A stretch of 64,000 nt of DNA from Octopus sinensis (GCF_006345805.1 NC_043001.1:4402001-4466000), one strand, 5' to 3'; counted from the first letter of the stretch, positions 13,701 through 27,075 are shown. Numbers and translations are program-made. The notes: generated from the letters alone by a model not told the origin.

Positions 13701-16049
13701 GCAATTCATTGTTACCATCGGAAATCATGTGTTGTATATTAATAAACAGTTTAATTAAATTTGGCAAAGATACAAAATACAAATGCGTAAAAGAGCAAAG
13801 ATTCTTTAAGGATATTAATAATTTCTGTACACCTTAAAGAGTGTTCTTGGAAAGGGTAAGGCGATGCGTTATACTCCAGTAAAAGTGATTATCAACCCTG
13901 AAAACGCAATAACATATACACCAACCCGAAAGAATTTGAACTCAAGAACTACAATTTCTGAAGATATGCGGCAAACATTGGTTTCGTCACTAAGGCTACT
14001 CTGCCAAGTAATAATAATAATACCGGTGTTTTGTTAGCTTCTTATATTATTTAGCTGTCAACACAGAACTATTTTTGGAGGTGAGAAAATAAAATCTTTA
14101 GGCTTTGCACTTATTGACTAATTAACAAATCTAAAAATGTACCAATAATTCTTATATTATATTCCATCCAATGTTTGTAGTCTGTTATTTATTTTTATAT
14201 GATTGTCGAAATGTCAGTCTTTTTTGGTGTTTGTGGAAATGCCAATATCTTTTAGGTGAGGAGCGGCATATTAAGGAAGAAAACAAATAACAAAAATAAT
14301 AGAAAACCTGACAGCTGTTTTTTTTTTCTTTTATTCCTTCATTTTTGTTAAAAATGAAGTTACATTTCTATATACCATTTCGATCAATATATTTTGGCGT
14401 CTTACTATTTCTAATTCCTTTCCCTTTATCTCTCTCTCGCATCATTCATTTTTCGTACAGATTTTTTTAATATACACTCGTGTAGAGGAACATACATTAA
14501 AATGAAGTGAAATTTCATAATTCAATTGAAAGCACCGTCTTCTGGCAAGATATTTAGATGTTTTAGACTAAGTCAGTACGTACGTCAAGATAACAAGCAG
14601 GAATCAACTGCAAAGCATTTTCTTAGTAAATATGGCGACTTATTCCTATACATCCAAACCTTTTTACAAGAGACGAATCCACTGGGGAGCTGAGTGTCTT
14701 CACTTGAAACACATTCCATCGTCTGCTACACAAGATGTGGTTTGAAGAAGATTCCGAATGATGTTCAAACACATGTAATTCCGCAATACCATTTTTAATT
14801 CAAGCTAAATATTCTAAAACGAATACCCTAACCATTAAAGGGTTTCACTAACTAAAAGTATTGAGAGAAATTTTGGAAGCTAAATTATGTTTGGATCTAT
14901 GCTCAATCATACGGCAAAATACTTAAGAATAATGGAAATATGCAACTGATGCCTATGGGTAGTTTGGAGAAGAAAAGGTTTCGAAGTATGGGCTAATTAC
15001 ATGTATAATGGAATGCAAAATCTCTGAATGCACGATCTCCTAGGAAACGATTCAGCACATCAGGAATATTCATGGTTCCTTAGTTGTGTGTGCAAATAAA
15101 TGATGTACATAGAATATGATAATTACTGCAAAAGGTTAACGGATTACATTGAGAACTCGGTTGACATATAACAAAGGAAATTATGTATGAAAACCTGATC
15201 AATCACCATGAAAGTATCCATGAATCTATGTGGCAGTTGCCAAAAGGTGTTTAAAAGATATGTGACATTCTGTAGTAAGTGTTGCGCTCGGAGGTCTAAT
15301 AGCAATACCTCATTAGTGTTCAGTGTGTGATCTGCAAGGAACAAGCAATTACAGATAATCCACTTATATCATCTTCTCTTAAAATCAGGATGGCTACAGC
15401 TGATGCTAATGAAACAGAGAGTAGGCGAAGAAGACAGAGTGAGAGACGAGCAAATTAAAGACATATTCTCCCTTTGGTAAATCCGAAGAGAATTATGATG
15501 ATAGATTCTGGATTTTAAGTGTTTGACGTCAATTTTGCTAATTTTCTTATTGATACTTGTGCCAACGTTTTTTCTGTGTGCCTTTGGCCATACTATATTT
15601 TTGAAATAGCATTACTATAATAATTATTGATAACATGTTCTTTTAAGACGTAAGAAAACGGAACATTATAGAGGAAAAATTGAATCAACGTATCGTGTTA
15701 ACATACATGTATCCACTTCCTTTAGCACAAATCATGCGCAATGATGCAGAATATACTTTGCAAAATGTGAATAACTGAATCATACAGTGTGTCAATGGTG
15801 AGAGTAACATTGCGAAGGTAATGCAAATACAGTAGCACATAGAGGTGTGGTAGGCGCAAGGACATGAGGGTGTCTTATAAAAAGGTACATGCAAAGTTGG
15901 ACACGTATGGGAAATATATTCACAAATCCATATTCGAATTATCTTAATGGTATTATAAATTATAGCTGTTACTACGTTGTTTTATAGAGGCGAGCGCACG
16001 CAGACACGCACATACATATGTTTTCATCTTTCATCTTCGATCTATTCCA

Positions 16050-16240
16050 GACCTGTGAATGCGACTATGCTAGTGCACCAGGTTAAAGAATCTGGCTTGA
16101 AATTTAGACCTTTGTCCAACGGCTAAGTAACAGGGACCTAGTTACAGTATCACCAGTTGTCAAACTATGTAGAGGGGCACACAAGCACACATATGTATGT
16201 ATATGTATATATATATATACGACTCGTGCCTTTCAGTTGA
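16050..16240 (-). mobile_element. Degenerate SINE family B body
   Basis: Similar to ggctaagtaacagggac...gttgtcaa...acacac...acgac of family B. Confidence 0.45.
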
Positions 16241-16698
16241 GTATATACCTCCATATATACCCTAAAGTGAATTAGTAACCGCTATTAGCCCCTGTGCGTT
16301 TTGTATACATATTATTATATGAGTATGATCTAGCAATAGCTGTGTATTCGCACGTCAGCAGGTGAGGGATCTTGAGAGCACTGCATATACATTCTATATT
16401 TTTCGGTATAAATCCTCCTTATACTAACTCGTTCCCTCTGTATATCTCAACGTGTGTGACTCTACCGCATTCCAATGCTTTTGCCATCATTTCGGCCAGA
16501 CTTACTGCCAGAATTAAAAAAAAGAAACCTCAGTGTCATTTTACCAACAAATTCATTGGCCAGGGAAACACCCAGCATTTGTATGCCTGCTACTTCAAGA
16601 ACTGGTTCAAAACCAATGCAAGATAGTGTGTAAATTTACCAAAGGAGGTCGGACGGGTTACTTAAGACTATACACATTCTAATATTTTATTTATACAA

Positions 16699-17040
16699 GG
16701 CGGCGAGCTGGCAGAAACGTTAGCACGCCGGGCGAAATGCGTAGCCGTATTTCGTCTGCCATTACGTTCTGAATTCAAATTCCGCCGAGGTCGACTTTGC
16801 CGCTCATCCTTTCGTGGTCGATGAATAAATACCAGTTACGCACTGGTGTCGGTGTAATCGACTTAATCCGTTTGTCTGTCCTTATTTTTCCCGTCTGTGT
16901 TTAGCCCCTTGTGGGTAGTAAAGAAATAGAAAGAGGTATTTCGTCTATCTTTACGATATGAGTTCAAATTAATTACCAGTTGCGTACTGGAGTCGATCTA
17001 ATCGACTGGTCCCATCCCCCAAAATTTCGGGCCTTGTTCA
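16699..17040 (+). mobile_element. SINE family A composite (head + A1 unit + A2 body)
   Basis: ggcggcgagctggcagaaacgttagc head; A1 tail gtagtaaagaaatag; restarts at gtatttcgtc and ends with the A2 tail aaaatttcgggccttg. Confidence 0.85.
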
Positions 17041-18724
17041 TGGATTACAAAATAATATATAATTCTTTAGAATTCATCCAATTGTTATTTGCCCAAAATT
17101 TAATAAATTTCACTTTTATGCATCAATGTTTATCAAATATATTTCCATCTACCTACATCAAATTTTTCCTAAATCCTATAATTACCTCTGCAATTTTCTG
17201 ATATTTTTCATTTTCTAAACTTAATAAAATAGAGATTTGATTCAGATAAGATACACACCACGTACTATAGGATATTGAACTGGACCGAAGGTCACAATAC
17301 CCAAGACGATATTGATACATTATATAACCAATTGATTTACGTTTATAATATAAATAATGTATTTACATTATAAATAAGTGGCGGAGGTCCAAGGCGTTAA
17401 AGCAACCAAATTCTAGACTGTATATTTTCGTTCATTTAAAATCATTTCACAAATTGAAGCACAGCCAAGTTTATAACATGATATTTTTGGTCAGCTATGG
17501 TATTTGGCATGATATTTTTCATCGGAAGGAATATGTTTGTTGGTAATTGTAAAGTACGATGTTTTAGAAATACAAAGGGTAAGATTGCACCATAAAAAAT
17601 GCCTGTTTAATATGAACAACTGGCAAAAGAGATTACATTCTGCGAAAAATTAATTCTAATTCAGCATAGAAAAATTATGAGGAACACAATAATTACACGT
17701 CTTATTTTGAATTTTCTTCATTAAAAATTCCCATATTTTCCGTCCTTTAAAATATATTTAATAAACATGGTGCATTTGTTGTATTCATAAATGTAAAGCT
17801 GTAGTATATCCTATTAAAGGAAGGAATGCTCTATCTGAGATCAGTTGAGAATTTCGTTCATATTGTCTTCCGAGTGACAGTGTGATCAGAGCTAACGCCC
17901 TTTTGATTTGCGTACAGTGATATTAATGCATATATTTATTCCAGCTAACTGCAGAAGCAGATACGCAGTGAAATGTCTTACAAACCATTTGCCATAAACT
18001 TACAAAACAGAAGCATATAATATGGCTTTGTCACAGTCACTCAATAGCTATGAATACCACAAAATGATCAGAAGTGGGACACAGCTAAGCTAACGTCTCA
18101 TCTATGGAGGAGATTCCCATACGTGTAATTTGTTTATATTCTTCTCTCAGGTTAAGTCCAATCAGCAAGTGTTGCCGTTCTTATTTTCCAATACCAAGAA
18201 AGATCATCGAATGGAAATGCCAATGAACTTGAAAATGTCTAGAACAATCGTATTTATCTCAGCAATTATCTCTGGTCTTCTAGACATTTCCAGAATTTCC
18301 AAGCTAACTTGTCAATATTTGTCTCATATATTGCGAAGTCAACTTCGTCTTCATCGTAGCAATGGCTGAAGTATACAAACAATGCAGTTTCATAAATGTC
18401 TGCCTTCAGCTAAAAATATCAATCAAGATCGTCCAACGAATATATTTGTATAAAGAGAAATTACCAAAAAGCGTTGAGTGTTCTGAGTAGCATGCGGCAA
18501 AGATGTTACACGTAGTGGTATCTTTAAAAAGAAAATACCTTTCAAGAGTTTCTCATTGAAAACTTTCTTAATAAGAAATGTTATTTTCAAACGATAATAA
18601 AATCAATGTCTCTATTTTCAAGTTGCGTATAGTTTTATATATTTTTATTAAAAATAATGAAACAATATTTCACAAAATTTGTTATGTCTTGCGAAATACC
18701 AAGAATTATATTAATAGAACATTT

Positions 18725-19302
18725 TTTTCTACTCTAGGAACTAGGCTCAAACTTTTTGGGGAAGGAGCTAATCGATAAGATCGAACCGAGTACAAAAGGA
18801 TGAAGGACAAAATCGACGGAATTTATAATCAGAACGTAAAGACGGACGAAATACGCTCAGTATGTCGCCTAGCGTGCTAACGTTTCTTATTTCTTTATTG
18901 CACACAAGGGGCTAAACATAGAGGGAACAAACAAGGACAGACAAACGGATTAAGTTGATTATATCGACCCCAGTGTGTAATTGGTACTTATTTAAATGAC
19001 CCCGAAAGGATGAATGGCGAAATCGACCACGGCGGAATCTGAACTCAGAACGTGCGGCAGATGAAATACCTATTTCTTTACTACCCACAAGGGGCTAAAC
19101 ACAGAGGGGACGAACAAGGATAAACAAATGGATTAAGTCGTTTATATCGACTCCGGTGTGTAACTGGTATTTATTCAATCGACCCCGAAAGGATGAAAGG
19201 CAAAGTCGTCCTCGGCGGAATTTGAACTCAGAACGTAATGGCAGACGAGATATCGCTAGGCATTTCGCCCGGCGTGCTAACTTTTCTGCCAGCTCACCGT
19301 CT
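18725..19302 (-). mobile_element. SINE family A composite (head + 2 A1 units + A2)
   Basis: Two tandem A1 bodies then an A2 body; junctions near 19069 and 18886. Confidence 0.85.
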
Positions 19303-19874
19303 TTTATAGAAAATACTGTAGAGGTTTAGTTTTCGCCCAGCCATGTTCCAATAAATCTTCTGTAAACGATGATGCATCGATGACTATACGATCTGTGGCT
19401 GATCTTCTACAAGTAAAACATCAGCTCTTAATGATGGATTTCTAACTTGCCAATGACCACATCACACGAAAACGTTTTTGTCTTGTATCGAGGGTATGTC
19501 ATGAAATGAGCATACTGCTTCCATTATTAATTAATGCTATATCAATAATTAATAAAATAGAGATTTGATTTTGATAAGATACGTACCTCATACTATAGAA
19601 TATTGAATTGGAACGAAGGTCACAATACCCAAGACAATATTCATACAATTTATAATCGATTAGTGTATTTACATTATAAATAAGTGGCGGAGAAGGTTGT
19701 CTCAATTTCGGTGGAGAGATGTGGCGCATATACAATGGTAATAGGCTTTTATGAACGCAGAAAGTACGTGAGGATGTTGCTCAGTGTGTGCAACTTAAAT
19801 AGAAATAATTACTCAAAATAGTCTTCTTACGTACTTCAATCAATTTCGCTATTATTATTTTCGTGGGTCCAAAA

Positions 19875-20230
19875 TGAATTGCGGCATTTCATCCGTCTTT
19901 TCCGACGACTTCAAATATCTTTCTTTCGTGGTTACCAAATGAATAGCGGTTGAAAACTGGGGGCGATGTAATCGACTTATCCCCTCCTCCGAACTTGTGG
20001 GCCTTCTGGCAAAACTTAAAGCTAATATTGTTTTAGTGAGTTGTACAGCGCCGAGTTGAAAGAATCGTTAGGGAACTGGCCAAAGTGCACAGCGGTAACT
20101 CTTCTCTAGTGTCTGAAATTCCTCTGAGACCGACTTCAGCTTTCATCCCTTCAGTATCGATAATTACTATTCGAGCAATGGAGTGGATATAATCAGCTCA
20201 CCTTACCTTAAACTTAGTGCACCAAAATTG
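19875..20230 (+). mobile_element. Two highly degenerate SINE A-like remnants
   Basis: gatgtaatcgactt and gctttcatccc..tcgataa motifs shared with family A. Confidence 0.45.
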
Positions 20231-21042
20231 GAAAATTTTGTTTTATTGCAAAGTATTGAAGAATAATGCCGTTTCATCTACGTATATCGACAGCAGCAAT
20301 CTCAACATTTTAGCAAGCACATAAAATAATTTTGCCTGTAAAAATAAAAATCCTAAAATAATATCTATCTCTTCCTCTGTTTACAAATGCCTTCTTAACA
20401 TTTTGGCATTGTATGCGTTGTCGAATCTCATGTCTATCGCCTGCTTGGCTTCGAATGTTGGTAACGTTTCACCGACTATTAGACACATTATTTAATATCA
20501 CCACTCGGTCGTTTATTTGTGTTCACAGGCATTATATTTATTTATATGAAGTGAACCACTCGTCCATCACGTGCTCTTTCATGCTCGAGATAAAGTGAGA
20601 GCGGTTATTTTCCAAAGTATATTTTAGCATGCTTGCTTGATAACGATGTCAACATGCTGTAACGATTTCATTCAATCACCTATTTTCCCGGTTTTAAAAT
20701 ATCGAAATGTATCAAACTGAAATATTTCCAATCAATTTATAACCTAAAGCACAAAGTGTATATTTATATCTGTTTTCATATTCTAATAATTTCAGACACG
20801 GACAGAAATACATATTTCTCATTAGAAATACTGACTAGAGATTGTTAGACCTACGAGCTGCAGACAGGTAAGGGATCCGACGTTGACACTCGTATCATAA
20901 CTGTTATGAAGTGGCTTCTGAAAAAGAGCGGAATATAAACGAACCCTCTTTTTCGGAATTACATTTTCGCTATCAATTAAATCTTGTGCGATTATTTTTT
21001 TGTTGTTGCAAATATAATTCCTGTATTACGATATTGATTGAA

Positions 21043-21350
21043 GGCGGCGAGCTAGCAGAAACGTTAGCGGGCCGGGCGAAATGCCTACCAGTATTTCGTT
21101 TGCCGCTACCTTCTGAGTTCAAATTCCACGGTGTTTAACTTAGCCTTTCATCCTTTCGGAGTCGATAAATAAAGCACCAGTTACGCACTCGGGTCGATGT
21201 AATCGACTTAATCCGTTTGTCTCTCCTTGTTTGTCTCCTCTATGTTTAGCCCCTGTGGGCAATAAAGAAATACATTAGCACGCTTAGCCGTATTTCGCCG
21301 GTCGCTACGTCCTCAGTTCAAAATCCGGCGACTTTGCATTTCATCCTTCC
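21043..21350 (+). mobile_element. SINE family A (A1 unit plus partial second unit)
   Basis: Full head and body ending gggcaataaagaaata, followed by cattagcacg...gtatttcg. Confidence 0.8.
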
Positions 21351-21730
21351 TAAAAGAACGCTGGTCTCCTTCACAACGCATTACGACGTTGATTTCCTTA
21401 AACTCCCTTCCCCACAGCTTCACGAAGGAGGGAAGAAGGGGGAGAAGCAAACACAGGTGCAGGTGTTTGAGCGTTGACGCCAACTCCGCCGCCATCGACA
21501 CACGAAAAATTATGCATTAAAATGGAATAAAAAACGATGTTAAATTATTTTTAAAATCGTAGACTCATCGTAGACGCGCGCTAATAGCTAGACGGGCTCG
21601 ATATTAATCACGACCATAAGATACCCGAATTTGGTTAAACTGCACCGCAAAATGTGTGAGGAGTTAGGAATCTAAATCGAAGGGGACAGACACTCACACA
21701 ACTACAGTTTATATATATATATATATATAT
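21351..21730 (+). mobile_element. Possible Helentron/HINE (DINE-1-like) non-autonomous element
   Basis: 3' part ccgaatttggttaaactgcaccgcaaaatgtgtgaggagttagg...gacagacactcacac...tttatatata resembles DINE-1/Lep1-type ends (from memory). Confidence 0.35.
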
Positions 21731-21902
21731 TTAAAAATTAAGGGTAGAAATTGATATTAGTCAATTAAAACCAGTGGTCTAGCACATTAAAAAGAATCCG
21801 AAGATTAAAATATTTATATATACCAATTAAGGACTGAGCACGAAAAGGTGGACAGTCAACATGCTAGATATAGACGTCAAATCGCCATTCTCCACATATA
21901 TA

Positions 21903-21941
<39 letters not shown>

Positions 21942-22033
21942 TTCTATACCAGGTTGGGTTTATCATAATATATCCGGTAATTTGACTCCGTTAATTTGAA
22001 TCCGGAACCATGTGGCTGGTAAGCGAGCTACTT

Positions 22034-23855
22034 TATTTCATAAAATTTTTCATCATAGACAGTACAAAGCGTGTGTAGCTTTGCGGGCTGGATAAACACA
22101 TTAATGAATGAAAATGAAATAGAATGAATAAATGAGAGACGAAACCAAACACCCACCGATTGGATTTTTCTCGAAAACATATTTTCTTTTTTTAAAAAAT
22201 CAATATGAGGTTTCAAACCTCTTTCAACAAGGAGGCACTAAAACATCTTAACATGTTTTTATTTAAACACACAATTGAGGTTATAAAACCACTACAAATA
22301 ATACAATCAGACGAGGTTTCAAACCCTATAATGAGGGTCTTTCACCTCCTACTCTTCGATATATCCATCGATATATTCATCATTATCTTCAATGCCGCTT
22401 GAGTTCCTGTATCTCGCCATTTCCCATGCCTCACTCATGTAGGACATGTAAGTCGTATAAGGGCCACCCGGCCATATGCGAAACTCCTTTTTTTCTTTTC
22501 TTCCTGACGTCAGGAGAGTGGAGCTCTTCCGCTTTGTCCGGTGACTCTCTCCCGCCTCCCGAAGCCTTAGGTTCCTTCGGCGGGCAACTATTGTTGCCCA
22601 CCTTCTTCCTTTTTAATCCTATTTGAGTTGAGGAAGCTGAAGCCTCCTCGACCACATCCACCACTCCCTTTGTCCGGGTAGGGGAGGTGCCATCTAGTGA
22701 CTGTTCCAGGACCTTTCCATGGTCCTGGGGGCAGTTCCTTTTAATGGGGCTGGCTACAGGTACGAATGACAGTTGGGAGGGGGACATCCCTCAATTTCAC
22801 CGGATATCTGCAACCAGCCATTTTCAAGAAATCTGGAAAAACCAGATCTGTTGCGGCCGATGGGGTCCACAGGGTCAAAATCGCTTTTGACCCTTCCCAA
22901 TCGACCACCGGCAATACCCTTACATTTAAGAGCCTGAGCCCGCCATCCCCCACTCCCAGTCGGATGGTATCTCCAATCCAATCCGCTTCGGTTCTTGGGG
23001 GCAACCCACCTACCCAGGCTCTTATTAATTTCCTCCTCCAATATCACAGGGGGAACACAATTTCCTTGCCTTCTAAAGGCTGACTCGCAAACTGGTGAGC
23101 CTTTTCCCCGTTGTCAAACAGCAACCATACGGTTGCATATTTGACACCACGGGATATATATTTTAAAGAGGACAAATAGTCATTAAGTTCATTTTTTATA
23201 ACTTGTTTTGGGGAGACGGTGAGGGAATTAAGAACTTTAGAATAAGATCTAAGCACGACCGTCTTCTCCTCCATATCTTTTAACCACTGCTTAGGCGGGC
23301 TAATTTCCCACTCTAAGACAGAGTCTTTCTTTTTAAGTTCCTTCTCTGCCATGTCAAAAAACAGTTCAAAATTAGTTCAAAAGACAGTCTGCCAAAAAAT
23401 TAAACCGAATAAAAATAAAACAAAATAAAAAAGGAGGAAAGGAAATAGAAATTAAAGTAATGAAAAGGATTAACCGAAATTTAGAAAGAAAGAAAAAAAT
23501 CGAAGAAGGGAAAAGTAAAAGAAAAATCTCATAAATAGCACGGACAGGGAATCCTTTGTATAATACTCCAAAAAGGTAATCCAAATGGTTTATTCTTGAA
23601 GTTCGGAAAAATTGTACTTTTTCTGGCGAGATACGCCCACTAGAATTTACAAAAAGAAATGTTCAAGCAAAAATTCTCAATTCACCGTTACGGTGATGAG
23701 AACCCAGTAGTTTGCTCGCAATAGCGAGCCATAATTGACAATTTTCTTTTTGTTCTTTTTCTATTCACAGAACCCCCCCTCCCCCCCAAAAAAAACTCAC
23801 ACCTTGTCACTGTAACAGTCCAGACCAACTAGTGTTGCATTCTGGGTAACCGGAA
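22034..23855 (-). mobile_element. ORF1-only non-LTR retroelement (HAL1/Tx1-like), 1822 bp
   Basis: Exact 15-bp direct repeat gtaagcgagctactt at 22019-22033 and 23856-23870, splitting a SINE B head; gag-like ORF1; no RT/EN sequence seen. Confidence 0.8.
22350..23352 (-). pseudogene. Gag/ORF1-like pseudogene (RRM-like segment, decayed CCHC knuckle, basic tail)
   Basis: ORF 23352-23044 continues in frame past one TGA into YWRRKLIRAWVGGLPPRTEADW to 22741; split knuckle CH..CSQPH / IKRNCP; then a low-complexity K/R-rich tail. Confidence 0.65.
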
Positions 23856-23999
23856 GTAAGCGAGCTACTTACCACACAGCCTCTCATACTCACTCGCGAA
23901 TATACCGAAATAACCTACATTTATCTTTTCTAAACAAACACACTTCTTTAAATAGGGTAAACACCAGAACTTTCCATTCATTCTTTTGAGTCCGATGCA

Positions 24000-25300
24000 C
24001 GACATAATTATTCTTCTGGAACTGGATGCCTTCAATCTTTTATCATCTAAATAGCACCAAATTGCAGGAAAATTTCATTACTTAGGAATGTATTAATCAC
24101 AGTTGTGAAAAGTAAATAGGATATACTAACATAAATTTAACTTCTTAGTAATGCCAAATCATCCGATCATCGATATATGTTTCATTTAATCTGACCTTCA
24201 ACGTTTATTTTGACTTTCTAGAACCTATGCTATGCTCCAGAAATGTTGTGACCCATACTCTCGTAGTCACAATCTTATTGCTAGCATTGAAGTTAGCCAT
24301 TCAACACTAATCTTAATCTACATCAATATTACATTCTAAGCATTTGCTTCGTGCTAGTTTCCTTGATCTTATTGAACACAAGATACCTACAAATATTTCT
24401 AACGAACCTTGAATATCTATTTTATTAATTTGTTGTCTGGTAATTCTAATTCTATTCCATTTCTTTCTACCATTTCCACTTACTTCATTGATAAAATTTC
24501 GCTATTCCTAATTCGATGCCACCGTCGTCTGTGAACGCAGATACTGGTTTCAAAAAAGGACTTATTTGATTTTCATTCTTTGCAACAACATCAAATCATC
24601 CATAAATAGAAGATGATTGATTTTATGCTGTTTGCTCTTCTTTGAATACGTATTTCTTACATGTTTTAGTATAAAAGTTGTTTTTATCATGCATATCATT
24701 CAAAATGAAAGAGACAAGCTATCACATTGCTAGTTTCTGTTTTTTTTCTCCTTTATTGGTTGTTTACACTATGGATTTATGGGAAGATGTTACTTCTATT
24801 TTTCAATTTTCTCTGTACCTTTTCATAACCTTCTTGCATTTTATAATGTTCTGAACATACCTAGACATATTATTATCAAGGTTTACAAAACTGGTATCAT
24901 ATTCTTTTGAAAGCATTTCCAAGTGAATCTATGCTTCTTCTATTCTCACATTTTACTGCAACGCTTAAATGTCTAATAAAAAATCAATATTTGTTAGAGA
25001 CAAATATCTGATAATAGATATATCCATTTACTGATATTCTTCGCAGTGTTTGCTATTACATTGATATAAACATGCTTCTAATTCATTTCAACACGTGACC
25101 GAAAGAATTAATTAAGCATTCTTTACCCCTTATTCGTAATGTGACAATTATCTCCAAATCACTAATTTATCTCTTTTGATCAGAATGCTTTACCAACCTG
25201 ATGATGCTTCACTTTTCAAACGATACCACCTCTACATATTTAATTGAACAAAAATTTAGTTTTCAAGCTCATAATTCTTTTCTAAATGCATCTGCCATGC
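24000..25300 (-). mobile_element. Degenerate R4/Dong-like RT
   Basis: Minus strand near 24581-24625 reads KINHLLFMDDL; downstream AFTDDGGIELGIAK and GIEL.LPDN match R4-clade RT spacing. Confidence 0.6.
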
Positions 25301-25389
25301 AATGGTTATATAGCTTTACATTTCCTTACATAGTGTGAGAGCTTCTTCTCTAGACATGCTATTAGCAACCCAAAAGGACTACACTTATG

Positions 25390-25800
25390 CGCAATCAGCA
25401 AACATAGCATTTTGTTTAATTTTTGCTCTCAGATTGATTCTCTCTGCATTTATCGCAAACCGATCATATCAGTATTCCCTCATTTGGGCGAAGCCACAGG
25501 GTTTCCGGGGAACGATGCCTGGTTTAATATTCTCCAGTAACCGATAAAGAAGTAACCTTGCAAAGATTCTGCCAAAAACTGATGAGGGAGATTCTACGCA
25601 TATTCTTAGGTCCTTCCTTCAAATAAGAAATCGAATGATTTCACTCCTCACTTGTGCTGCCCCCACTTTGTGAAATATGGGATATAAAAGCTCCAGAATC
25701 TCTTCACATTCTTGACCAGCATAAATATCATCAGCTACAATGATATTATTCGCAAACACATCTTGGTATTCGTCACTTTTACTGCAAAAATTATTTCATC
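25390..25800 (-). mobile_element. Degenerate RTE-like RT fragment
   Basis: GRIFARLLLYRLLENIKPGIVPRKPCGF resembles GKILARVLLNRL...LPESQCGF. Confidence 0.55.
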
Positions 25801-26307
25801 CATTAAGATGTTTCATACGTTAGCGAGTGAATGCTCAATTTGAAAAAAACATAGAAACCTGTGAAAGACATTTCATTACAGCCAGACTGACTGCGGCCTC
25901 ATTTTCAAGATACCACTGAAATGCTTCTCCAACTTGGCCTTCATTTTACATTGCTTGAGCTATAACGCTTTGCTAGTCTTTGTTCGAGGGTGGACAACAA
26001 TCATGGGATCATAAGCTATACGCCGCTGGAGGTACAGAAGATTTGGATTTCGGTTTTCAACAGATGTTTGAATTTAATGGGTCTTTTCCTCAGACCACGC
26101 AACTTTACCAACCACAGGGCTCGGTAGATCATAGTCTTGCACGCTTTAGAATCTTTGTATCTTTGTCTAGCTTATCTTTTTCAATTTCCCGCAAAGAAAA
26201 AGAGAGTACATTGTCAAGTGTCACGTAAATATATATATATATATATATATATATAAGAAATATTGAATTTCTAAATCTCTCGTAGAGACCTGTACGGTGG
26301 TGGGGCG

Positions 26308-26452
26308 ATAGAATGGTTGTATACTGTCAATCTAACAAGAACGTGACAGAAGGGGGTACACCACCGTTGTATAGCCTTCGATGCCTCCTAGGGCTATACA
26401 ATGGTGGTGTACCCCCTACTGTCACGTTCTTGTTAGATTGACAGTATACAAC

Positions 26453-26460
<8 letters not shown>
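26308..26460. repeat. Foldback palindrome: 69-bp arms, 15-bp spacer
   Basis: Arms 26308-26376 and 26392-26460 with 2 mismatches; abuts (TA)n. Confidence 0.95.
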
Positions 26461-26496
<36 letters not shown>

Positions 26497-26500
<4 letters not shown>

Positions 26501-27075
26501 TTGAATCAGTGGGCTTATAGAAGATGTCCGTTTCAATGTGGTTATTGACTATTTTAATTAAGATATCAAGAAAAGGAAGTTCTTTATTGCTGTGTTCCAT
26601 GGTATAGTGCATGTTGCTATTGATATTGTTGAGCATTATTCTGGAATCGAGGAATTTGTCCATGCCCTCGTTCCAAAGTATAAAGCAATCATCTAAGTAC
26701 CGCTTCTATTTCTCCTTAAAGTAGCAATGAAATGAGGTACCATATTTTGTAGCGATGATTTGTATATCTTAAGTCCTAGATAACCCATTACAAAAACGAC
26801 AATCCCAGGGGAAGCTCAAGTTCCCATAGCAATTCCACAGGTTTTCGATAGTAAACTATATCGAACACGCAATAGTTGTTTTGTAGAATAGACGTTAGTG
26901 CTGCAATTATGAGGTTGTGGTTGATGCGTCCTGGGATCTCTTCCGGGTATTTATCTAGCCAGAAGGTGATTGCTTCTGTACCATAATCGTGTGGGATATT
27001 GGTGTACAAATTAACCACATCGAATGATACTAACAGGGTTCCAGCACTTATTGTTTTCGGGGGGTGGTTAAGCAT
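26497..27075 (-). mobile_element. Penelope-like element RT fragment
   Basis: LLVSFDVVNLYTNIPH, GIAMGT, KRYLDDCFILW and LPFLDILI...TDIFYKPTDSKQY. Confidence 0.88.

Noticed and set aside
14560-15330. Possible ancient LINE 3' remnant
   Set aside because: Only vague motif resemblance; too decayed to call.
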